From contig JAJDCA010000014.1 in the NCBI GenBank assembly GCA_029261055.1, positions 143,984 through 207,983 on the forward strand: a DNA stretch of 64,000 nt, read 5' to 3'. Below the pieces are notes generated by a model. The model was not told the origin of the DNA. It saw nothing but the letters and a program-made list of their open reading frames with translations, and did not search any database. Origin of the DNA: Candidatus Omnitrophota bacterium. GTDB lineage: Bacteria; Omnitrophota; Gorgyraeia; Zapsychrales; Zapsychraceae. Positions within the stretch are counted from its first letter, which is position 1; every line of letters starts with the position of its first letter. Made by a program: the position numbers and the translations under genes. Shown piece after piece: positions 59,424-64,000 of the stretch.

Positions 59424-59458
59424 AACCGTAAACACACCCCGGGGGTCTGTTTACGGTT
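59424..59458. repeat. AACCGTA(A/C)AC-type palindromic repeat, copy 3
   Basis: AACCGTAAACACACC...GGTCTGTTTACGGTT. Confidence 0.65.
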
Positions 59459-59467
59459 AGTTTACAC

Positions 59468-59495
59468 TTGACATTAAATTGCATGTAATTAAGAT
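59468..59495 (+). promoter_or_regulatory. Possible sigma70 promoter of tolC-RND operon
   Basis: TTGACA-16 nt-TAAGAT ending 6 nt before ATG 59502. Confidence 0.45.
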
Positions 59496-59501
59496 GAAGG
59501 C

Positions 59502-60974
59502 ATGTTTTTTACTAAAAATTTAATTGTATTAATTATTTTTAGCATCATTTTTTTAGGGGGATGGGTTGAAGGGGAATGTGCGGATTACACTCTCTCCCTG
59601 GAAAAAACAACGCAGCTGGCCCTTCAAAATAATTTTGACATTCAACTCGCGAAATACGATGCTTGGATTGCCCGGACGGACAAAAAAGTAGCGGAGTCTA
59701 TTTACGACACTATTTTTGAGGCCGAAGTCCAATACCGTGACAATCAGAAAAAACGCACCTCGACAATCATTGGTACGCAGGCCTTGGACAATGATTACAA
59801 TATTGGACTTTCAAAAAAATTACCTACCGGGACAACACTTGAAGTTGATCTAATGAACAGTCGTAACTTTACAGATTCAGTATTTACTACGTCACCCTTA
59901 ACGCATGATTCGACCTTAGGGATGACAATTACGCAGGAATTAGGAAAGAATTTTTTTGGCCTTCGTGATCGTTGGGGTATTAAGATTGCGTTGGTGGATA
60001 TTGAAAATAGTGAGTACACGTCACTTGAGAAAATTGAAGAAGAAATTTCTGATGTACAGAAGGCGTATTGGGATTTAGTGCTTCAGATTGAACGTGTTAA
60101 AATTGAACAAGACATGGTGGATCAAGCCAAACGTTTGTACGATTTGCATCAGGAAAAATTGAAGGATGGTCTGGTGGAGATGCCGGATGTTTTGGCGTCG
60201 CAAGCAAATTACGAAAAGAGTAAAAATGATTTGATCTTTGCAGAGAATCAAGTGCATGCCAAAGAAAATGTGCTGCGATTGCTTTTAAACATTTCCGATG
60301 ATCACATCCGTATTCTTCCGACAGACACCTTTGCGCTTCCTGAACTCCAAAGGCCATTAGCGCCTACCCTTAAGAAAGCTTTTGAAAACCGTCGTGATTA
60401 CAAGCGGGCGGTTAATGATGTGAAGTCGAAGGACATTCAGCTAACCGTTAAAAAAAATAATTTGTGGCCGGAAATTAATTTAACGGCTTCTTTAGAGCGT
60501 AACGGCCTCGGAGATCATTTTAAACCGGCGGTTGAAAATATTACGAGGGAAGACAATCCAAATTTATTTGCTGGGCTGACCATTAACATTCCATTAGAAA
60601 ATCGTGCGGCGCGCGGAGCAAAGAAAGCGGCTGAATTAGAAAAAGCCAAGACTTTGGTGGCTTTAAAATTGCTTGAACGCAAAATTACCCTTGAGGTTGT
60701 CGATCAAGTCCGTGACAGTAATGTGTTTGCTGAGCTGGCCGACAACAGCGAACACATCGCCAATCTGCAAGCGCAGAAGTTGGAAGAGGAAGGTAAGCGA
60801 TTCCGTCAGGGCCGTTCCGACACAGATACCCTCATTCGTTTTCAGAAAGATGTTGTTCAGGCAAGAGCCGAAGCGGCCGCAGCCAAGCACCGTTACCATG
60901 CCGCGATGGTGGATTTAGAAACCAGAAGCGGGGTGCTTTTGGGGAAGTATTTTGACTTAAGTGCTAAGTGGTAA
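59502..60974 (+). CDS. TolC-family outer membrane efflux protein
   Basis: Signal peptide, LSLEKTTQLALQNNFDI, VQKAYWDL, two OEP repeats; upstream of RND gene. Confidence 0.9.
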   Translation: MFFTKNLIVLIIFSIIFLGGWVEGECADYTLSLEKTTQLALQNNFDIQLAKYDAWIARTDKKVAESIYDTIFEAEVQYRDNQKKRTSTIIGTQALDNDYNIGLSKKLPTGTTLEVDLMNSRNFTDSVFTTSPLTHDSTLGMTITQELGKNFFGLRDRWGIKIALVDIENSEYTSLEKIEEEISDVQKAYWDLVLQIERVKIEQDMVDQAKRLYDLHQEKLKDGLVEMPDVLASQANYEKSKNDLIFAENQVHAKENVLRLLLNISDDHIRILPTDTFALPELQRPLAPTLKKAFENRRDYKRAVNDVKSKDIQLTVKKNNLWPEINLTASLERNGLGDHFKPAVENITREDNPNLFAGLTINIPLENRAARGAKKAAELEKAKTLVALKLLERKITLEVVDQVRDSNVFAELADNSEHIANLQAQKLEEEGKRFRQGRSDTDTLIRFQKDVVQARAEAAAAKHRYHAAMVDLETRSGVLLGKYFDLSAKW

Positions 60975-61035
60975 GAGGTAATTCTTTTTTACCCCTTTCC
61001 CTAAAAATTAGCTGAACACAGTAAGGCTTTAGTGC

Positions 61036-64000
61036 ATGAAACTCGCTCAATTTTCTGTTAGAAATTCTTTACTCATCAATGTCTTGTCGTTGTTTATTCT
61101 TGTGGCTGGGTTTTACAGCATGATGAAGATGCGGCGTGAGGCGTTTCCGCAGGTTAATTACGACATTGTTACCATTAATACCATCTATTCTGGAGCCCCT
61201 ACCGAAGATGTAGAAAAATTAGTCACACTGCCTTTGGAAGAAGAAATTCGCGGCATCAGCGGGATTGACAAGATTAATTCTACATCTGAAGAAGGTATTT
61301 CCTCTATTGGAATTATTTTAGACCCTTCTGTAAAAAATAAAATCAAAGTGGTTAATGACATTCAGCGTGCGGTTGATCAAGTGCGTAATTTACCGGAAGG
61401 CGCGGAAGATCCTGTGGTCTTTGAGCTGGACACACGCGAGTTGCCGATTTTGGAGATTTCGCTTAGTGGGGATGTTTCTGAGTCTGAACGGCGGCTGTAT
61501 GCGGAATCATTAGAAGACAAAATTTTGGAGATTGATGGGGTGGCTTCTGTTAACCGTATTGGTTGGCGCGACAAAGAATTTTGGGTGGAGGCAGATCCGG
61601 ATAAATTAAAACAGAATCATGTTTCGATTCAGGAAATCATGGATGCTCTGCGGACGCGCAACCGGACTATTCCCGGAGGGCAGCTGACGACCCCGACGGC
61701 GGAATTTAACATTCGCACCACCGGAGAATTTACGACTTCTGAAGAAATCGAAGATGTCATCATCCGGGCGAATGATGCGGGTAATTGGCTTAAAGTTAAA
61801 GATGTCGCTCATGTGAAGGATACTTTTGAGGATGAAACACGGATTGCCAAAGTTCGAGGGGAGCGGGCCACGGCCATGGTGGTTGTCAAACGTGAGTTGG
61901 CGGATGCCATCAGTTTAGTGCGCGAGGTGCATCTCACGATTGATGCGTTTAAGCAAAAGCTTCCTGAGGGCATGGATGTGACCATTACCAATGATCTTTC
62001 GTATTACATTAAGCGGCGACTGAGTGTATTAAAAAATAATGGTATCATTGGCATCATTCTTGTTTTGTTAATTTTGTTTATCTTTTTAGATCCTATTCCG
62101 GCTGTTGCCACAGCGCTTGGGTTGCCGATTGCTTTTTTCCTTACCTTTATTGTCATGTCCATCATGGGGGTGAGTATTAATCTTGTAACCATGCTGGGAT
62201 TGATTATTGTGCTTGGGATGCTGGTGGACGATGGGATTATTGTGTCGGAAAATGTGTACAGGTATGTGGAAAGTGGCATGTCACCCAGGGAGGCGGCCTT
62301 GCGTGGGACGAGTGAGGTCATGATTCCGGTGACGGTAACGATTCTGACGACCTTTGCCGCATTCTCACCGCTTTTGTTTATGACCGACATCATTGGTAAA
62401 TTTATCCGGTACATTCCGATTGTGGTGATGGTCGCCTTGGCGGCGTCTTTGTTTGAGGCCTTTGTGATTTTACCGGCGCATCTTTCAGATTTTGTAAGGG
62501 TTAAGGCTAAGAATGCTTCGGGAAAAGTGAAATCGGAAAAAAAATGGCTGAAAGGGTTGGTTAATTTTTACACGAAGACATTAAATGTTGCGTTGCGGTT
62601 TAGGTATTTGGTTTTATTGTGGCTTGTTTTATGTCTGGCTATGGCCATGTGGATCGTAAAAAATAAGATGCAGATTGTCATGTTTGCCGGTGAGGGCATT
62701 GAGTATTTTTATGTGCGCGCTGAGTCGCAGAAGGGAACGCCGCTTGAAACATTGAATAAATTGATTGCGCCCGTGGAGGATTTGATTGCTACGTTAGATG
62801 ATCATGAACTGGATTCTTTTCGGACGTATTTAGGAAGCATTGAGCAGGAGGGCGGGTTTGATCCGAATGTCAAACGGGGTAGTCATTTGGGGCAACTCAC
62901 GGTGTTTTTGACGCCATTACAGAAGCGCAAACGAACTCCGCAGGAAATCATTGATGCTTTACGGCCGGGATTGGAAAAGATTAAGGGGTTTGAGAAATTG
63001 TACTTCTTTTTGCCGAAGGAAGGGCCTCCGACAGGGAATCCTGTTGAGGTAGCGGTTAAGGGGGAAGATTTTGGTGTCTTGCAAAAAATTGCAGACCGTT
63101 TTGTGAAATATTTAGAGCCGGTTGAAGGGGTTTCGGATGTGAACACGAGTTACGATTTTGGTAAGAAGCAGCTACGCGTGGTTGTGGATGAAGCCAAGGC
63201 GAAGAGATATTTTCTAACCGTCGGCAAGATTGCAGCAGCGGTGCGCAATACGTTTCGGGGTGGCGTGGCGACAACCATTAAACCGACGAAGGCGGAAGAG
63301 GAAATTAATGTGTTGGTGCGTTTTCCGAAGGCCTTGCGTGAAGACCTTAAGGCCTTTGACAAAATTCTAATTCCTAATCAGTTCGATAATTTAGTGCCGT
63401 TGAGTTCTGTGGCACAGATTGAAGAGAGCGAAGGCGTTTACAAGATTACACATCTGGATGGCAAACGCGTTATTTATGTAACAGCACAGGTTGACAACAA
63501 GAAGGCCACTTCGCTTGGGGTGAATTTGCAATTACAAAAAGAATTTCAGGATATCGGCCAGCAATATTTAGGGTACACAGTTAAATACAGTGGTGAATTC
63601 GAAGATCAGCAAAAATCGATTAAGAATTTACAGACATCATTTTTATTTGCTTTGGCGGCCATTTTTATTATTTTAGTAGCCATGTTTCGTTCTTTGATTC
63701 AGCCGTTTATTGTGATGATGGCGATTCCTTTTGGTGTTGTCGGTGTTATTTTTGCTTTTTATGCGCATGGACGTCCTTTGAGTTTCTTTGCTTTCATGGG
63801 GCTGGTAGGGTTGACCGGGATTGTGGTCAATGATTCGATTGTGCTGGTGGATTTTATTAATCGTCTGCGTATCCAGGGTAAGGAGCGTCGGGACTCCCTT
63901 ATTGAAGCCGGTCAGATTCGTCTGCGTCCAGTCATCATGACCACGGTCACGACTATTGGAGGGTTGGTTTCCGTAGCTTACGGTATTGGTGGTGGCGACC
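61036..64000 (+). CDS. RND (AcrB/AcrD/AcrF family) permease, 3' truncated by window; absent from the ORF track
   Basis: Translated by hand: MKLAQFSVRNSLLINV...REAFPQVN...GMLVDDGIIVSENVY...GIVVNDSIVLVDFIN...RLRPVIMTT. Confidence 0.93.
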   Translation, partial: MKLAQFSVRNSLLINVLSLFILVAGFYSMMKMRREAFPQVNYDIVTINTIYSGAPTEDVEKLVTLPLEEEIRGISGIDKINSTSEEGISSIGIILDPSVKNKIKVVNDIQRAVDQVRNLPEGAEDPVVFELDTRELPILEISLSGDVSESERRLYAESLEDKILEIDGVASVNRIGWRDKEFWVEADPDKLKQNHVSIQEIMDALRTRNRTIPGGQLTTPTAEFNIRTTGEFTTSEEIEDVIIRANDAGNWLKVKDVAHVKDTFEDETRIAKVRGERATAMVVVKRELADAISLVREVHLTIDAFKQKLPEGMDVTITNDLSYYIKRRLSVLKNNGIIGIILVLLILFIFLDPIPAVATALGLPIAFFLTFIVMSIMGVSINLVTMLGLIIVLGMLVDDGIIVSENVYRYVESGMSPREAALRGTSEVMIPVTVTILTTFAAFSPLLFMTDIIGKFIRYIPIVVMVALAASLFEAFVILPAHLSDFVRVKAKNASGKVKSEKKWLKGLVNFYTKTLNVALRFRYLVLLWLVLCLAMAMWIVKNKMQIVMFAGEGIEYFYVRAESQKGTPLETLNKLIAPVEDLIATLDDHELDSFRTYLGSIEQEGGFDPNVKRGSHLGQLTVFLTPLQKRKRTPQEIIDALRPGLEKIKGFEKLYFFLPKEGPPTGNPVEVAVKGEDFGVLQKIADRFVKYLEPVEGVSDVNTSYDFGKKQLRVVVDEAKAKRYFLTVGKIAAAVRNTFRGGVATTIKPTKAEEEINVLVRFPKALREDLKAFDKILIPNQFDNLVPLSSVAQIEESEGVYKITHLDGKRVIYVTAQVDNKKATSLGVNLQLQKEFQDIGQQYLGYTVKYSGEFEDQQKSIKNLQTSFLFALAAIFIILVAMFRSLIQPFIVMMAIPFGVVGVIFAFYAHGRPLSFFAFMGLVGLTGIVVNDSIVLVDFINRLRIQGKERRDSLIEAGQIRLRPVIMTTVTTIGGLVSVAYGIGGGD

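Noticed and set aside
59133-59458. CRISPR array
   Set aside because: Only two similar units, inverted and about 190 nt apart; no regular repeat-spacer period and no cas genes.
681-63362. Numerous 60-135 aa alternative-frame and antisense ORFs nested in long genes
   Set aside because: They overlap well-supported conserved genes and show no motifs or RBS support.
61036-64000. Apparent non-coding or small-ORF region in the ORF track
   Set aside because: It is one long plus-strand RND ORF with no stop inside the window; the listed minus-strand ORFs are shadows.

Overview
Gene-dense, mostly + strand, AT-rich bacterial chromosome segment. Gene content and the 51.3-54.8 kb protein family suggest Candidatus Omnitrophota (PVC group); this is an inference, not verified. 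Order: hflK(partial)-hflC-uvrA; a TPR/ExbB/ExbD/TonB-like module leading into a type IV pilus/T2SS-like locus (PilX-like, fused PilM-PilN, PilO, PilP-like, secretin, MshEN-PilB, PilC, then a c-di-GMP-I riboswitch ahead of five pilins); rsmE; a TMTC-like glycosyltransferase; recA-recX-alaS-hisDBHAFI-trpE-rpsP-yajC-secDF; a very short mfd with surA-pdxA-rsmA; a PilZ gene; ybgC; a membrane/spermidine-synthase fusion; gatCAB-ctpA-tsaD-mgtC; a bactofilin-HTH fusion plus a membrane-anchored HTH; a 1157-aa secreted modular protein with a radical-SAM-like core and an in-frame REP insertion; a minus-strand symporter-gshA-gshB-bolA-grxD cluster; and TolC plus an RND pump that runs off the window end. 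Several families of intergenic palindromic repeats are present. No rRNA, tRNA, CRISPR array or transposase was found.
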